Shown here: piece by piece, positions 41,446-52,506 of the stretch
Layout of the letters: every line of letters starts with the position of its first letter
Position numbering within the stretch: the stretch's first letter is position 1
Assembly (NCBI GenBank): GCA_964487115.1
Contig: CAZAPD010000071.1
Location: 1 to 63,100, forward strand
Length of the DNA stretch: 63,100 nucleotides
Reading direction: 5' to 3'
From: an uncultured Thermococci archaeon
GTDB lineage: Archaea > Methanobacteriota_B > Thermococci > Thermococcales > Thermococcaceae
The notes under the pieces: model-generated
What the model was told of the DNA's origin: nothing
Database searches by the model: none
The model's input: the letters and a program-made list of their open reading frames with translations, nothing else
Position numbers and translations under genes: made by a program

Positions 41446-42707
41446 GCACTTCCCCCCGGAGAGGCTTCAAGCCTTTTCATGCTCCATATGAGGGGCATTG
41501 CAAGTAGGACGAGCAAAGCACCTATCGGGAAGAGAACTCTATAATTTCCGCCTGCCATGTCCACAAGCCCTCCACCGATTGTTCCAGCTAAAAGAACGGG
41601 TATTGATTTCGTTGCCTCAAAGACACCATAGTAACGACCAGTAAATACCTCTTTCTCGTATTTTGTAAGTAGATCCCCTATAACCGGATAGGATGCTGCA
41701 ACCAGAACACCCCACCCAACTCCGGCCAAGAGGATTGTAATGAATATCTGAGTTTTTGTGTGGATGAACCACCCAACCAGCAGAGGTATTGCAAATACAA
41801 AGCCTCCGAGGATTATACTAAGCCTTCTGCCAATTTTGTCGTAGATATACCCTCCTGGCAATGAGCCTATTAACACTGCAACGTTGAACATTGCCATCAG
41901 ATACAATCCCATCGAGGTAACCTTGTCTATTGCTGATTCTGTAGCTGTTCCATAGAGTATGAATGCCAAGATTCCATAGAGAAATATGGCTATGAACTCA
42001 AAGCTCATCCACCAGAGAATCTGGGCAGTATAGAAGCGCAGAAAGTCGTGATTTGTAAAGATGCTCTTCACGTATTCTCCGAGAGGCTCGTCTTCTTCTA
42101 TTTCAGGTGCTTCAGGTTCTTTAACCTTCAGGGAAACAAACAATGCAGCACCGATCAGGAAAATTGCTGCAATTGCAAAAGGGCCCCAGTAACCAGTTCC
42201 ATGTTTAGCGACCAAATACCCACCAAGACCAAAGAGGAAAAGATTTCCTGCCCATTCAAACAGTGTTATGAAGCCGCTCGCTTTTCCCCTCTGACCACTC
42301 TCTACAGTATCTGGCATCAAAGCTCTAAACTGCGCTGTATAAAGGTGAAGGGATAGGTAGAGGAAGGCCAGAGCAAGGGCAAAGCCGAGAAGAGGGACAC
42401 CAAGAGTATAGGCAGTATAAATCATCATAGATGCTACACCAGCCAAGATTCCGCCTATAAATATGAACGGCCTTCTCCTCCCATGTCTTGATTTCAGGGT
42501 ATCGCTGTAATACCCCAGCAGAGGCGGAATGAATAAACCGACAAATCCCTCAAGGGCAAGTATAGTTCCCTTCACAAATGCGGATTCCGTGTAGGCCGAT
42601 AGCAGCGGAAAGGAGAATCCCTTATTCAGAGCCCATCCAATGCTCCTGCTGAATCCCAAAAGAGACAGTCCAAGAACAATCCCCCAGTCAAATTTTTTGT
42701 CTCCCAT
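41442..42707 (-). CDS. MFS transporter (GPH/SLC45-like)
   Basis: 12 TM pattern and the SD...SRHGRRRPF motif. Confidence 0.9.
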   Translation of the reverse strand: MGDKKFDWGIVLGLSLLGFSRSIGWALNKGFSFPLLSAYTESAFVKGTILALEGFVGLFIPPLLGYYSDTLKSRHGRRRPFIFIGGILAGVASMMIYTAYTLGVPLLGFALALAFLYLSLHLYTAQFRALMPDTVESGQRGKASGFITLFEWAGNLFLFGLGGYLVAKHGTGYWGPFAIAAIFLIGAALFVSLKVKEPEAPEIEEDEPLGEYVKSIFTNHDFLRFYTAQILWWMSFEFIAIFLYGILAFILYGTATESAIDKVTSMGLYLMAMFNVAVLIGSLPGGYIYDKIGRRLSIILGGFVFAIPLLVGWFIHTKTQIFITILLAGVGWGVLVAASYPVIGDLLTKYEKEVFTGRYYGVFEATKSIPVLLAGTIGGGLVDMAGGNYRVLFPIGALLVLLAMPLIWSMKRLEASPGGSA

Positions 42708-42802
42708 TGGTCCAACCTCCGAATATTGATTAAGACAAGGCTAAAATGAAATTAACTCTCAAGGAGTTTTTATCCTTTTGGTTCATCGATAAAATGAAAG
42801 GA

Positions 42803-43077
42803 TCAATCCATGTCAGATACATAGGCGTAAATATCCTCTTTGTGACTGACTATATCTCCTCTCCTGATGAACTGAATGGAGATCAGTGCGAGGACAAAAA
42901 TAACACTGAAAACACAAATGTCTATAGTCATTATACCTCCTGTAATGGTCTTGTTCAGACCAAAGTCCTCTTGGAGGAATATTGGGGCATAAGCACTGTA
43001 GAGAGCTCATATAGTGCTTATTCCAAAAATCCAAAGCCCAGTAGAAATATCCTCCTGTAATTAAACTCAATATCCAT
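42803..43077 (-). pseudogene. MFS transporter pseudogene (frameshift, nonsense codon, large internal deletion)
   Basis: MDIEFNYRRIFLLGFG, then a 1-nt deletion in a T run, then GISTI*ALYSAYAPIFLQEDFGLNKTITGGIMTID joined directly to a C-terminal-like VFSVIFVLALISIQFIRRGD...DMD*. Confidence 0.75.
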
Positions 43078-43207
43078 TTTAGCCCCCTTCCATTGAGTGC
43101 CGATATAGATTTTAATTCAATGTTATATCTCTTTTGGTTTTGCTGGAAAGCCGCAAGCCAAATAAATACCGTTACATACCTTATGAAACGGAGGGGAAGA
43201 ATTGAAT

Positions 43208-43918
43208 ATGCTACTCCTTGGCCACAGAGGTTTCAGGAGGTTTTATCCTGAAAATACACTCCTCGCATTCAAAAAAGCTCTCCAATGTGGAGCTGATGGG
43301 ATAGAGTTTGATGTCTGGCTGACTAAGGATGGAAAGCTCGTGGTGACGCATAATAGATACTTCAGGGCAGTTAATAATGGGAACTGGTTTGATGTAAAGG
43401 CACTCAAACTGAGCGAAATCAGGCACCTGCACCCATTGGGGGTTGTGATGACAACCGCCGATGAAGTTCTCAGAGAATTTTCTGGGGCATATTTTAATGT
43501 GGATGTTAAGGATATCGACGCTGTTGATGGTATTCTTAGAATTATTCAGGAACCAGAGAAGGTAATTCTATCCTCGGATAATCCTGCAATTCTGAAATCC
43601 ATTAGAGAAAGGAATGGAGAAGTAAAGCTGGGCTTTTCCATAATTGAATGGAGCTCGCTCTTTAAATTTCCTGTTCTCAGAAGAGAGCTTGGACTGTATT
43701 CTCTCCATGTACCGATAGATGCCGTGGATTATATAGGACTTCCGACTCTCAAACTCCTTCTCAGATGGGCGAGAAGCCTGGGGGTTAGGATAGCTCTTTG
43801 GAATTACCAGCAGGATGAGTTCAGGTATCTCCCCAGTTTGATTAAATACTCAGATATAGTGATTTCGGATGATGTCTCAAGGGCGTTCCAAATTCTGGGG
43901 AAAAGGCTTTTTAGATAA
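43208..43918 (+). CDS. Glycerophosphodiester phosphodiesterase family protein
   Basis: GHRG, PENT and [15 protein letters not shown] motifs. Confidence 0.92.
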   Translation: MLLLGHRGFRRFYPENTLLAFKKALQCGADGIEFDVWLTKDGKLVVTHNRYFRAVNNGNWFDVKALKLSEIRHLHPLGVVMTTADEVLREFSGAYFNVDVKDIDAVDGILRIIQEPEKVILSSDNPAILKSIRERNGEVKLGFSIIEWSSLFKFPVLRRELGLYSLHVPIDAVDYIGLPTLKLLLRWARSLGVRIALWNYQQDEFRYLPSLIKYSDIVISDDVSRAFQILGKRLFR

Positions 43919-43946
43919 ACCCTCTTTTCTATCTGAGGCGGTATAT

Positions 43947-44702
43947 ATGACAAACTGGGAAGAGAACAGGATTCTCGTTCTTGGACACAGGGGTTTCATG
44001 TCGAGATATCCCGAAAACAGCATTTTGGCATTTGTTGAGGCAATAAACGCTGGAGCCGATGGAGTAGAACTCGATGTGTGGCTGACAAGGGATGAGAAGG
44101 TTATAGTCATGCATGATGAAAGTATAGACAGAACTTCAAGCCTGAAGGGTCATCAGAAGGAGATGATGCTGGAAGATCTGAAGAAGGCAAACTTGGGAAT
44201 GGGGCAAAACATTCCGACACTTGAGGAGGTTTTTAGGGTTTTACCAGAAGATACTCTTGTTGATGTTGAGATAAAAGATGTTGATGCCGTTAAAGAGAGT
44301 CTTGGAGTAATTGAAGACTTTAATGCATTCAATCGGACCATAATATCCTCTTTTGAAATTGAAGCTCTAAGGAAAACCAGGGAGCTGAGTGACAGGATAA
44401 GAATTGGCCTTCTTATTGACAGCGAAAAACTCGTTCCTGAGATACCACAGCTTAAGGAGGAGCTTAACCTCTGGTCTGTGAATGTTCCAATGGAAGCCAT
44501 TCCGTTGATAGGTCTTGAAAAAACCTTGCAAGCACTTCGCTGGGTGCGCTCTTTAGGTCTCAGAATTGTTCTCTGGTCTGGAAATGATATCCTCTTTTAT
44601 AAAGACGACAACCTTGCCAAACTCAGGGGTCTTTTTGATGTTGTCATAGCAAATGATGTTGAGAAGATGCTCACTTACTTAAAAGATTTGGGGTTGAGAT
44701 AA
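43947..44702 (+). CDS. Glycerophosphodiester phosphodiesterase family protein
   Basis: [27 protein letters not shown] and VEIK motifs. Confidence 0.94.
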   Translation: MTNWEENRILVLGHRGFMSRYPENSILAFVEAINAGADGVELDVWLTRDEKVIVMHDESIDRTSSLKGHQKEMMLEDLKKANLGMGQNIPTLEEVFRVLPEDTLVDVEIKDVDAVKESLGVIEDFNAFNRTIISSFEIEALRKTRELSDRIRIGLLIDSEKLVPEIPQLKEELNLWSVNVPMEAIPLIGLEKTLQALRWVRSLGLRIVLWSGNDILFYKDDNLAKLRGLFDVVIANDVEKMLTYLKDLGLR

Positions 44703-45384
44703 AGACCTCTTGACACTTGCTCCAGCCAGTAGAGTCATAGGCAACTTCAAAGTGAAGCTCTTTCTCTTCCATCCACTTTTTGTCTTTTTTCTGATGTCTG
44801 ATGACAAACCTCATCCGGCCTTCAATGGGTCTTTTTCCATCCACAATCATCCTTCCCGTAACGCTCCACATCTGTCTATCTTCTCCGGACAGGATGCTCC
44901 ATTTCTTCTCAAAGCTGAACGTGCACAGATTCTGGGAACATTCCACATGCAGAATTTTTGAACCGTTGAAACCCATCTGCAGGTACGAAATGAAGGGATC
45001 AGAAAATCTAAACTTTCCCGCTGGCTTTTTATCAGTAAGGTTCTCAACCACCGTCCCATTAATTCTGAGAAACCGCTCGACGGTCATGTAACCTCCGCTC
45101 CAGTTTATAATCTGCTGGTATGTATACCCTCCGCTATAACTGTAGAGGATGAAGAATCCTTTTGATGATTTTGAATTAACAAAACCGCAGAACCATGAGG
45201 TTGTGTTTTCCGTGGCGGTTATGGTGTTTATGCTTCCTCGGAAGGAATATATGACCGCTGACTCATAGGACTTAATAATGTCCCTCTGGGAGGGAACTTC
45301 CTGCCCTTGAGATACATCTTCTATCCAGTAGACAGCCACTGCAATTAGAAGCATCAGGATAAACATCTGCCGGATGTTTTTCAT
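44671..45384 (-). CDS. Hypothetical exported or membrane-anchored protein
   Basis: N-terminal hydrophobic segment, RBS GGGAGGGGG, several NxS/T sequons. Overlaps the GDPD 3' end. Confidence 0.65.
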   Translation of the reverse strand: MKNIRQMFILMLLIAVAVYWIEDVSQGQEVPSQRDIIKSYESAVIYSFRGSINTITATENTTSWFCGFVNSKSSKGFFILYSYSGGYTYQQIINWSGGYMTVERFLRINGTVVENLTDKKPAGKFRFSDPFISYLQMGFNGSKILHVECSQNLCTFSFEKKWSILSGEDRQMWSVTGRMIVDGKRPIEGRMRFVIRHQKKDKKWMEEKELHFEVAYDSTGWSKCQEVFISTPNLLSK

Positions 45385-45479
45385 ACCCCCTCCCATAGAG
45401 GAAATTGTTCTGGAGTTTAAATACTTTTTCTATTCATATTTTGCTTACTATTAAAAATAGTCTGCAAAAAATGAAAAAT

Positions 45480-45695
45480 TCAGATTCCTTCAAACTTCTG
45501 GAGGAAAATCTTTAAATCTGTCTTGAAGGGCTCTTTAGCGTTTTCTATTTCTCTGCCGAGCAGAAGTCTAAACTCCTCGATATTGATGGCCTGTTTCTCC
45601 AGCTCCTCCACCTTTCTCTTCACATCGTTAAAATATTCTATATAAGGGCGGGCTTCAAACAGTGCATTCTCAATGCGTTTTTTCATCTCACACAT
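45480..45695 (-). CDS. Small hypothetical protein
   Basis: Charged helical ORF coupled to the prsW-like gene, RBS GGAGGT. Confidence 0.7.
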   Translation of the reverse strand: MCEMKKRIENALFEARPYIEYFNDVKRKVEELEKQAINIEEFRLLLGREIENAKEPFKTDLKIFLQKFEGI

Positions 45696-46401
45696 TCTTC
45701 CTACCTCCCACAAACCAGTACCACCATTGTTTTTCCAGATCCTCTCTCTGACCTAAAATGACAAAATATCTCAGCAGAATCAGATTTATGAAGAGCAGGA
45801 ATATCAGCATGATATTGTACTGGGGAAACGTAGCGCTCATAAAGGCATAGTAATCCCAGAGGAAGTGCAAAAACATTGCTAAAAGAAAATAGTTGGTCAG
45901 AGAATGTATCTTACCTTCGGATTTGAGTCCATACCCCACTCCCACTATGGCACTCCAGCTACCATGGGCAAAAGGTGTTAAAAATGCTCTTGTAACAGTG
46001 ATTGCGGCCCCATAACCGAGTCCATAAAGCATGTTTTCTGTTGCTGCGAATCCTAAGCCTGCAGCGATACCATAGACAACACCATCCATTATTCCGTCCA
46101 TTTGACCAGCTTTAAATGGCAATCTTATTGCCAAGGCTTTTGCAGGTTCTTCGACGATTCCTGCAACTAAGGCCAAATAAAAAGCACTTGCTGGAAGGAT
46201 AGCGTATCCTTTTATCCAGCGAGGAGTTAATAAAGTTTCGAGTATGAATGCAACTCCAACTGAGACCGTTGCTCCGAGCAAGAAGGTTCCTATAACATAT
46301 TTTTTGGGTTCTGGTTCATATTTGTCTAAATGGTAGAAATACCACATTATTATAATTGCAGGAACGTAAGCAAAAAATACTATTGTGCTCAGCACATCCA
46401 T
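45688..46401 (-). CDS. PrsW-family intramembrane metalloprotease
   Basis: DKYEPEP, VEEPAK, GLGFAATEN, FAHG and LHFLWD motifs. Confidence 0.92.
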   Translation of the reverse strand: MDVLSTIVFFAYVPAIIIMWYFYHLDKYEPEPKKYVIGTFLLGATVSVGVAFILETLLTPRWIKGYAILPASAFYLALVAGIVEEPAKALAIRLPFKAGQMDGIMDGVVYGIAAGLGFAATENMLYGLGYGAAITVTRAFLTPFAHGSWSAIVGVGYGLKSEGKIHSLTNYFLLAMFLHFLWDYYAFMSATFPQYNIMLIFLLFINLILLRYFVILGQREDLEKQWWYWFVGGRKNV

Positions 46402-46514
46402 GTTACCACCAATAAGACTTGCCATGAATCTTTATTAATATTCCTCAAATTTGCAGAGTGTGAAAGGGAATATGAGCAATAACACTTATAAAAATATTCA
46501 GAGTTTATATTCTC

Positions 46515-47762
46515 ATGTTTTCAATCACAGTAGTACTGCTTAAGTTGATATTTATTTTAATCCAGACGATATTTATAATCGGGGTAGCTCCGATTCTATC
46601 CCGTCCATTAATAAATCCCACCCGAGTTCAGGATCAATCTAAATTTCGCGATAATATCAAAGTGGCTGTTCTCCTTCCTTTTCACAAAGAGCATCCACTA
46701 AGCGTTATGAGAACCGCCAGATCTATTGCTAATCAAACCTACCCTCCTGAATTGATAACGGTATATATTTTAATTGAAGGTGAGGATAATATTACACGGA
46801 GGAGCATTCCCACCTTAGTAAATTTCTTCCGTTTTAGAGGTATGAGTGTAAGAGTCATCTATACGCAAAGTACATATATCGGAAAACCGAGAGCCATGAA
46901 TCAAGCACTTCCTCACGTCGAAGAAGATGTGGTAGTTGTTTTTGATGCTGATGACATAGTACCTGAAAAATATATCTCATTGGTTGTGGGGGAAATTAAG
47001 AAGGGCGCTGCAGCTGTTACAACCAAGGTATATAGACTCGGAGATAGACTCCATTCAAAATTCATTGCGCTGGACACGTTTATATGGTATGATATTTATC
47101 TGCCTGTTTATATGAAGTTTATAGGATACGCTCCGATGAGTGGAGAGGGACTGGCTGTTAGGAGGGAGATTTTGAATAAGATAGGCGGATTTCCTGAAAG
47201 CCTGACTGAGGATGCATATCTAACTATAGAGCTTGCTAAAATAGGAGAGAAAATTTCCTACCTTGATTCAATATTCATTATTGAGCGTGCCCCTTTGAGC
47301 TTTAAGGCATTAATAAATCAGAGAATGAGGTGGTTTAAGGGATACTATGAATGCCTACGCGCATTGTGGAGATATCGACGAGATTTGGGGCATTTAAAAA
47401 CTCTTAAACTCGCTGTTACCTATATGGGTCCTATAATCTTTATTGCAACAACATTAAGTTACACAATATCATTTTTTTATATCTTTGGGAGTCTATTTGG
47501 TGCAGTTTATATTACGAGTTTAATAAAAAGTGCTATAAGCGGCCCTGTATATTATCTTGCTGCATTCATGTTCTTTGGAGGGAATCTATTTTTTACGGGG
47601 ATTATACTTTATTATTTTAGCGATACCAGATTTGAGAGTTATACCCCCTACATTTATGTAGCATTTATTTACTGGTATATAATAGGAATCGTGGCATTGC
47701 TATCGCTGTTCTCTTCCCGTGAATGGTATAAAACGGAGAGGATCGGTTATGAAAATGCGTAA
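46515..47762 (+). CDS. Processive-type GT2 glycosyltransferase
   Basis: KPRAMN, FDADD, LTED and QRMRW (D,D,D,QxxRW) motifs with flanking TMs. Confidence 0.9.
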   Translation: MFSITVVLLKLIFILIQTIFIIGVAPILSRPLINPTRVQDQSKFRDNIKVAVLLPFHKEHPLSVMRTARSIANQTYPPELITVYILIEGEDNITRRSIPTLVNFFRFRGMSVRVIYTQSTYIGKPRAMNQALPHVEEDVVVVFDADDIVPEKYISLVVGEIKKGAAAVTTKVYRLGDRLHSKFIALDTFIWYDIYLPVYMKFIGYAPMSGEGLAVRREILNKIGGFPESLTEDAYLTIELAKIGEKISYLDSIFIIERAPLSFKALINQRMRWFKGYYECLRALWRYRRDLGHLKTLKLAVTYMGPIIFIATTLSYTISFFYIFGSLFGAVYITSLIKSAISGPVYYLAAFMFFGGNLFFTGIILYYFSDTRFESYTPYIYVAFIYWYIIGIVALLSLFSSREWYKTERIGYENA

Positions 47763-49344
47763 AGTACTGTTCAAGGAAAAATTTCTTTTTATGCTCTTTT
47801 TTGCTCTCTATTTGAGTGTAGCGTTATGGTTAGTTGCTGAGTATCAAACAACCGTAATTCTTGAATTTACAAAATTTGCTCATGATAATTCAGCTCATTT
47901 ATACATACCCGCTACTGTAATAGAGAATGGCAAAACTTCGAAATTTGCAAATTTTGGAACAGTCTGGCCATTTTTGTATCACCTCGCTTTGGTACCATTG
48001 GTAACCAGTGGCTATCTTTATAGAACAGGATTGGCAGGAAGCATTCTCAATTCCATCTTTGTAGCAGCTACTGCAGTGTTGGTATATAAAATAGTCCAGG
48101 ATAAATATGGCCTCATTGTTGGTATCTTATTTGGAATTAATATTTATTCGGTTGTTCATGCTTCCTCCAGTTATATGATACCGATGGGACAATTTTTAGC
48201 GGTTTTTTCTTCATTTTATGTGTATTATTATATAAAAAGGGGTTCAGGGAGGATTTTAACTAAGGCCGTATTCCTCCTCATGTTTTCAACACTGGCAAGG
48301 TATGAAGCATGGCCAATGATGTTTGTGCTTGTGGGGTTGATAATATATAATGAGTTAAAACGAGGCAGGAACTGGAGAATATCGTCCCATGTACCCTTAG
48401 CTTTTTTTGGAATAACTGGGTGGATTGTTTATAATTGGGCAATCTTCGGGAATCCTCTGGAGTTTATAACCCATCCTTCCCCTGGAGCTTCGGGATATTA
48501 TTTCATCATCATTTCGAAAATTGTCAAGCCATGGACGATTGATTTTATTGAAATTGTACGGATTCTACTGAAAATGCTTGGTCCATTGATACTCCTACTT
48601 CCTTTTGGAATTTGGGGTTATCTAAAAGAAAAAAATGGATGGCAGTTCTTATTGTTTTTATTTTCTTCCTCGGTTTTAATTTTGGCTGAGGGCCCACATT
48701 TGCTGATTAATGATCATTTGTTATACTATTATTTCTCATTTCCTTTCTTTTTTATCTTGGCGGGGAATGGACTCAAACTACTTATCAAAAATATTAACAG
48801 GCGAAATGTGGAGATAGCTGTGATACTATTCTTTGTGCTGTCGTATTCTATGTATCAGGTTTCGGGATTTTTTGAGTTTCATGATGAACTGATCAGGGGT
48901 AGTCATAGCTATTATCACAACAAATATATCAGCGATGAAATCGTGAGAAAATGGGATGGGGGTTACATATTGTACTCTTCTATATTGGGTTCGTATTATT
49001 TCTCAGTTATTGAAGGTATAAAACCAAAATATATCATGGATGAATACGATAGCCCGCTATATGAGAGAATCTCTTCTTCTCCTTGGCATTACAACGTATC
49101 TATTGTCGTGGTTCCTGACAGAGAAACTTATAAAAAGCTTAGAGGATATTTTGTTAAGTTATGTCATAAAACTTGCTATGTGCAATTATATTATGAAAAC
49201 GAAAGTTGGAGAGCGGAGTTCCTTAACTATTACAAACCGATCTCCAACTCCTCTGTCAAGCTCTATAACGTTCCAGTAATTATCTACATAAGGTCAGATT
49301 CTTCTGAGCATGTCACTCAGTTTTTCGAGAGTACCAAAATTTAG
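47749..49344 (+). CDS. Polytopic membrane protein, probable GT-C (PMT/ArnT-like) glycosyltransferase
   Basis: About 10 TMs, HDNSAH, GTVWPFL, LARYEAW and YNWAIFGNPL motifs, soluble C-terminal domain. Confidence 0.65.
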   Translation: MKMRKVLFKEKFLFMLFFALYLSVALWLVAEYQTTVILEFTKFAHDNSAHLYIPATVIENGKTSKFANFGTVWPFLYHLALVPLVTSGYLYRTGLAGSILNSIFVAATAVLVYKIVQDKYGLIVGILFGINIYSVVHASSSYMIPMGQFLAVFSSFYVYYYIKRGSGRILTKAVFLLMFSTLARYEAWPMMFVLVGLIIYNELKRGRNWRISSHVPLAFFGITGWIVYNWAIFGNPLEFITHPSPGASGYYFIIISKIVKPWTIDFIEIVRILLKMLGPLILLLPFGIWGYLKEKNGWQFLLFLFSSSVLILAEGPHLLINDHLLYYYFSFPFFFILAGNGLKLLIKNINRRNVEIAVILFFVLSYSMYQVSGFFEFHDELIRGSHSYYHNKYISDEIVRKWDGGYILYSSILGSYYFSVIEGIKPKYIMDEYDSPLYERISSSPWHYNVSIVVVPDRETYKKLRGYFVKLCHKTCYVQLYYENESWRAEFLNYYKPISNSSVKLYNVPVIIYIRSDSSEHVTQFFESTKI

Positions 49345-49974
49345 GATTTCTCTGTCCAGAGGTACCAAAATTTCCGACTCGGATATATCAAAGTACTCCA
49401 GAAATGGCGACACAATCTCCCTTAAAACATCATTTCCATAGGCCCAGGGAGAGAAAGCAGGTAATACTACTAAGTTCTTTCCTATAAGAAATACTGGGGA
49501 TTTTATAATGGCCCCAACCTCGTCTCTCAGCCTTATTGCAGGATGTTCATGCCCTATAATGAACCTTTCGCCCTCAACCAGCTTATGTCCATGCACAATT
49601 TTCCACTTTCCAAGTTTAATTTCATCAACAACCTCTACACCAAGTTCTCTTGTCCAGAGAATTCCGATATCGTGGTTTCCCTTGACGAGTATTATCTCCT
49701 CTATCAAAGGAGAAATTTCAGAAAAGAATACTTTAAGTTCAAATTTCTCCTGCTTGATAGGTACAAACGAATGCTTTAGATCCCCATCTATTATCAATTT
49801 TTTGGGTTTTTCCTGTTCAATAAGTAGTTTTAGGGAGTGAATTATTTTTTTGGATATACTGGGTAAATATACCCCTTTTGATGTCATGCTTATTTCATAA
49901 CCTAAGTGGAGGTCTGCTATTACTAAATTTTTTCCGATTTTAAGGCCTTTTTGGGGTAGGGGTTTAATTCGCAT
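49294..49974 (-). CDS. Calcineurin-like metallophosphoesterase
   Basis: ADLHLG, GDLKH, KGNHD, GHEHP and LPAFS motifs. Confidence 0.92.
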   Translation of the reverse strand: MRIKPLPQKGLKIGKNLVIADLHLGYEISMTSKGVYLPSISKKIIHSLKLLIEQEKPKKLIIDGDLKHSFVPIKQEKFELKVFFSEISPLIEEIILVKGNHDIGILWTRELGVEVVDEIKLGKWKIVHGHKLVEGERFIIGHEHPAIRLRDEVGAIIKSPVFLIGKNLVVLPAFSPWAYGNDVLREIVSPFLEYFDISESEILVPLDREILNFGTLEKLSDMLRRI

Positions 49975-50075
49975 GTTTGTATGTTATACCTAAAAATTTT
50001 TAAAACTAACGCACTTTGTTATACAAACCAAAAAGGTTTTAAATTTTAACTTTAAAAATTGATATCGGTGAAAAC

Positions 50076-50354
50076 ATGCCATTTATCGGATTTGCGGAGA
50101 GTAATTTAGACCCCTATGAGACATACGAACGGATTTTAAGGGAGCTTGAAGAGAGGAAATTTAAAATAAACTTTTCAAAGCATCATTGGATGGGAGATGT
50201 TCCCTTTGGTTTAGTTATAGCGGAAAATAACACAGAAGTGCTTGCTATAAGATGGCATCTTGGGAAAAAGTTTAAGTTAAAGCTTGAAGAGGCAAATAGA
50301 GAGGATTTCGATGAATTCGTAGATGATACATTGGGATACCTACGTGGAGATTGA
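50076..50354 (+). CDS. Hypothetical protein
   Basis: 92-aa ORF with RBS GGTGA. Confidence 0.7.
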   Translation: MPFIGFAESNLDPYETYERILRELEERKFKINFSKHHWMGDVPFGLVIAENNTEVLAIRWHLGKKFKLKLEEANREDFDEFVDDTLGYLRGD

Positions 50355-51026
50355 GGCTCTCTCTTGCTTAATTCTTTCTATAACATCCAGAACGCTCCAT
50401 AAATCTCGTATTACATGCAGACGTGGAATGGCAGTTAGTAGTTCCCTTCTCTCTTCCACAAACTTAGCTGTGGGGGGGAAGTAATACCAAACAAATTCAG
50501 TATTTTCATCTCCTCTCCCTATAAAACGCCATGGTTTGTCATCGACCCATACGAAGATTTCATCACCATACTTCTCTCTCAGGAGCTGAAACGCCTCACA
50601 CAGAGTTATTCCCTTTCCAAAGACAATAACATCATCAAAGAGATCATAAAGACCAACAAGCTTTAGTCTTCGTTCCTTCATGTCATCAATAAAGTCCTCC
50701 GCTGAAAACGAGATTACAGTATGTCCATCTTTTTTGAGTTTTTTTATCAATTCATCAGCATTATCAAGGATTTTTGTTAATTTTGCCCTCTCTTCAAACC
50801 ATGTCTCGGCAAATTTTGTCCTCAGGAAGAACGGAGATTTCACTTTACTGCTGTGTTTTCCATATTTTGGTTTCTCGAAGTGAAATTCTATCTTAGTGAA
50901 AAGCTTTGCCCAAACGTCTTTAAACGGTAGCCAGCTATAGCGTTTTTCCAGCGCCCGCTTAAAGGCCTCTTCTATTACTGAATAGCTGTCTACCAGTGTT
51001 CCATCGAAATCAAAGCCTATAATCAT
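50340..51026 (-). CDS. HAD-superfamily hydrolase
   Basis: FDFDGTLVDS motif I and WVDD motif IV. Confidence 0.9.
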   Translation of the reverse strand: MIIGFDFDGTLVDSYSVIEEAFKRALEKRYSWLPFKDVWAKLFTKIEFHFEKPKYGKHSSKVKSPFFLRTKFAETWFEERAKLTKILDNADELIKKLKKDGHTVISFSAEDFIDDMKERRLKLVGLYDLFDDVIVFGKGITLCEAFQLLREKYGDEIFVWVDDKPWRFIGRGDENTEFVWYYFPPTAKFVEERRELLTAIPRLHVIRDLWSVLDVIERIKQERASIST

Positions 51027-51140
51027 TCAGCTCTCACCTACTAGAGAAGAAGAGAGAGGTTTAGCTTTAAGCTTTTCCCCCACAAAGCATATATTTATTG
51101 GAGTACAAAGGATTAGATGTAAATCTTAAAGGTGATGCCT

Positions 51141-52496
51141 ATGGGAAACCACTACATTCCAAATTCGGTACATAAAGAGGAAATGCTCAGGGAAATTGGC
51201 TTCAGCTCGGCTGAAGAACTCTTTTCTGATGTTCCTAAAGAAGTTCTGAGAGGCTTCAACCTCCCATCAGGGAAAAGTGAATACGAAGTTTTTCTTGAGA
51301 TGAACAGAATTTTAGAGAAGAATAAATCTGTCTTAGAGATGCCTTCTTTTTTGGGTGCAGGCACTTACTTCCATTATATCCCTGCCCATGTCAGGTATCT
51401 CATTGAACGGAGTGAATTTTTAACAGCTTACACCCCCTATCAGCCAGAGATCAGCCAAGGAATGCTTCAGGCTCTCTTTGAATATCAAAGCCTGATAGGA
51501 GAGTTAGTTGGGCTGGAGATAGTCAATGCCTCAATGTACGACTGGGGAAGCGCTCTTGGAGAGGCTGCCAGAATGGCAGCAAGATTTACGAAGAAGAACA
51601 GATTCATCGTTCCAAAAGCTCTTAGCCCTGAGAAGAAGATGACACTTGAAACCTATGTTGAGGGGGCAGACATCGAGATAGAATACATCCCTTGGGGTAC
51701 AAATGGGCAGTTGGACATAGAAAAGCTGAAGGAAAGCGCTGAAGGTGCAGCAGGTGTTTATGTGGAGATACCAAACTTCTTTGGTCTAATTGAAGAACAG
51801 ATTAGGGCCATTGGAGAGATAGCCCACGATGCAAAGGCTCTCTTTGTAGTAGGAGCTGATCCAACGAGCCTTGGCATACTGGAAGCCCCGGGAAAATATG
51901 GAGCGGATATAGTGATAGGAGAGGCAGCTTTCTTCGGAAATCCTATGAATTTTGGAGGACCGAGGGCAGGATTCTTTGCTGTTAGAAACGACAAGAAACT
52001 CATCAGGCAGATGCCAGGCAGGATTATAGGCATGACGAGAGACAGAGAAGGGAAGAGGGCATTTGTCATGGCACTGCAGACGAGAGAGCAACACATAAGA
52101 AGAGCCAAGGCTACTTCAAACATATGTTCAAATGAAGCCCTCGTTGCGGTTGCAGCTGCGATACACATAGCTACTCTTGGACCAAGAGGCCTGCGGGAGC
52201 TCGGGGAGGTCATACTCAAGAACACCGCTTACTTCAAGAAGCGCATAAATAAAGTCGGAGAGATTCCTTTTGACGGTATAAACTTCAAAGATGTGCTCGT
52301 TAGCTTTGAAATTCCCTACGATGTGATTCACGAGCGCCTTTTGGAGAAGAATATTCACGGGGGATACTACATTGGAAAACACTTCCCAGAGCTTGGAGAA
52401 AGCGCGCTGTTCGCAGTGACAGAAACGACAAGAAAAGAGTGGATTGATGATCTGATATCAGCCTTAGAAGAGATAATAAACGAGGCGGAGCTGTGA
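51141..52496 (+). CDS. gcvPA: Glycine cleavage system P protein subunit 1
   Basis: [13 protein letters not shown] and [15 protein letters not shown] motifs. Confidence 0.97.
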   Translation: MGNHYIPNSVHKEEMLREIGFSSAEELFSDVPKEVLRGFNLPSGKSEYEVFLEMNRILEKNKSVLEMPSFLGAGTYFHYIPAHVRYLIERSEFLTAYTPYQPEISQGMLQALFEYQSLIGELVGLEIVNASMYDWGSALGEAARMAARFTKKNRFIVPKALSPEKKMTLETYVEGADIEIEYIPWGTNGQLDIEKLKESAEGAAGVYVEIPNFFGLIEEQIRAIGEIAHDAKALFVVGADPTSLGILEAPGKYGADIVIGEAAFFGNPMNFGGPRAGFFAVRNDKKLIRQMPGRIIGMTRDREGKRAFVMALQTREQHIRRAKATSNICSNEALVAVAAAIHIATLGPRGLRELGEVILKNTAYFKKRINKVGEIPFDGINFKDVLVSFEIPYDVIHERLLEKNIHGGYYIGKHFPELGESALFAVTETTRKEWIDDLISALEEIINEAEL

Positions 52497-52506
52497 GGTG
52501 ATTAAA

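Noticed and set aside
42813..43070. 85-aa ORF from the track
   Set aside because: It is an off-frame reading of the MFS pseudogene.
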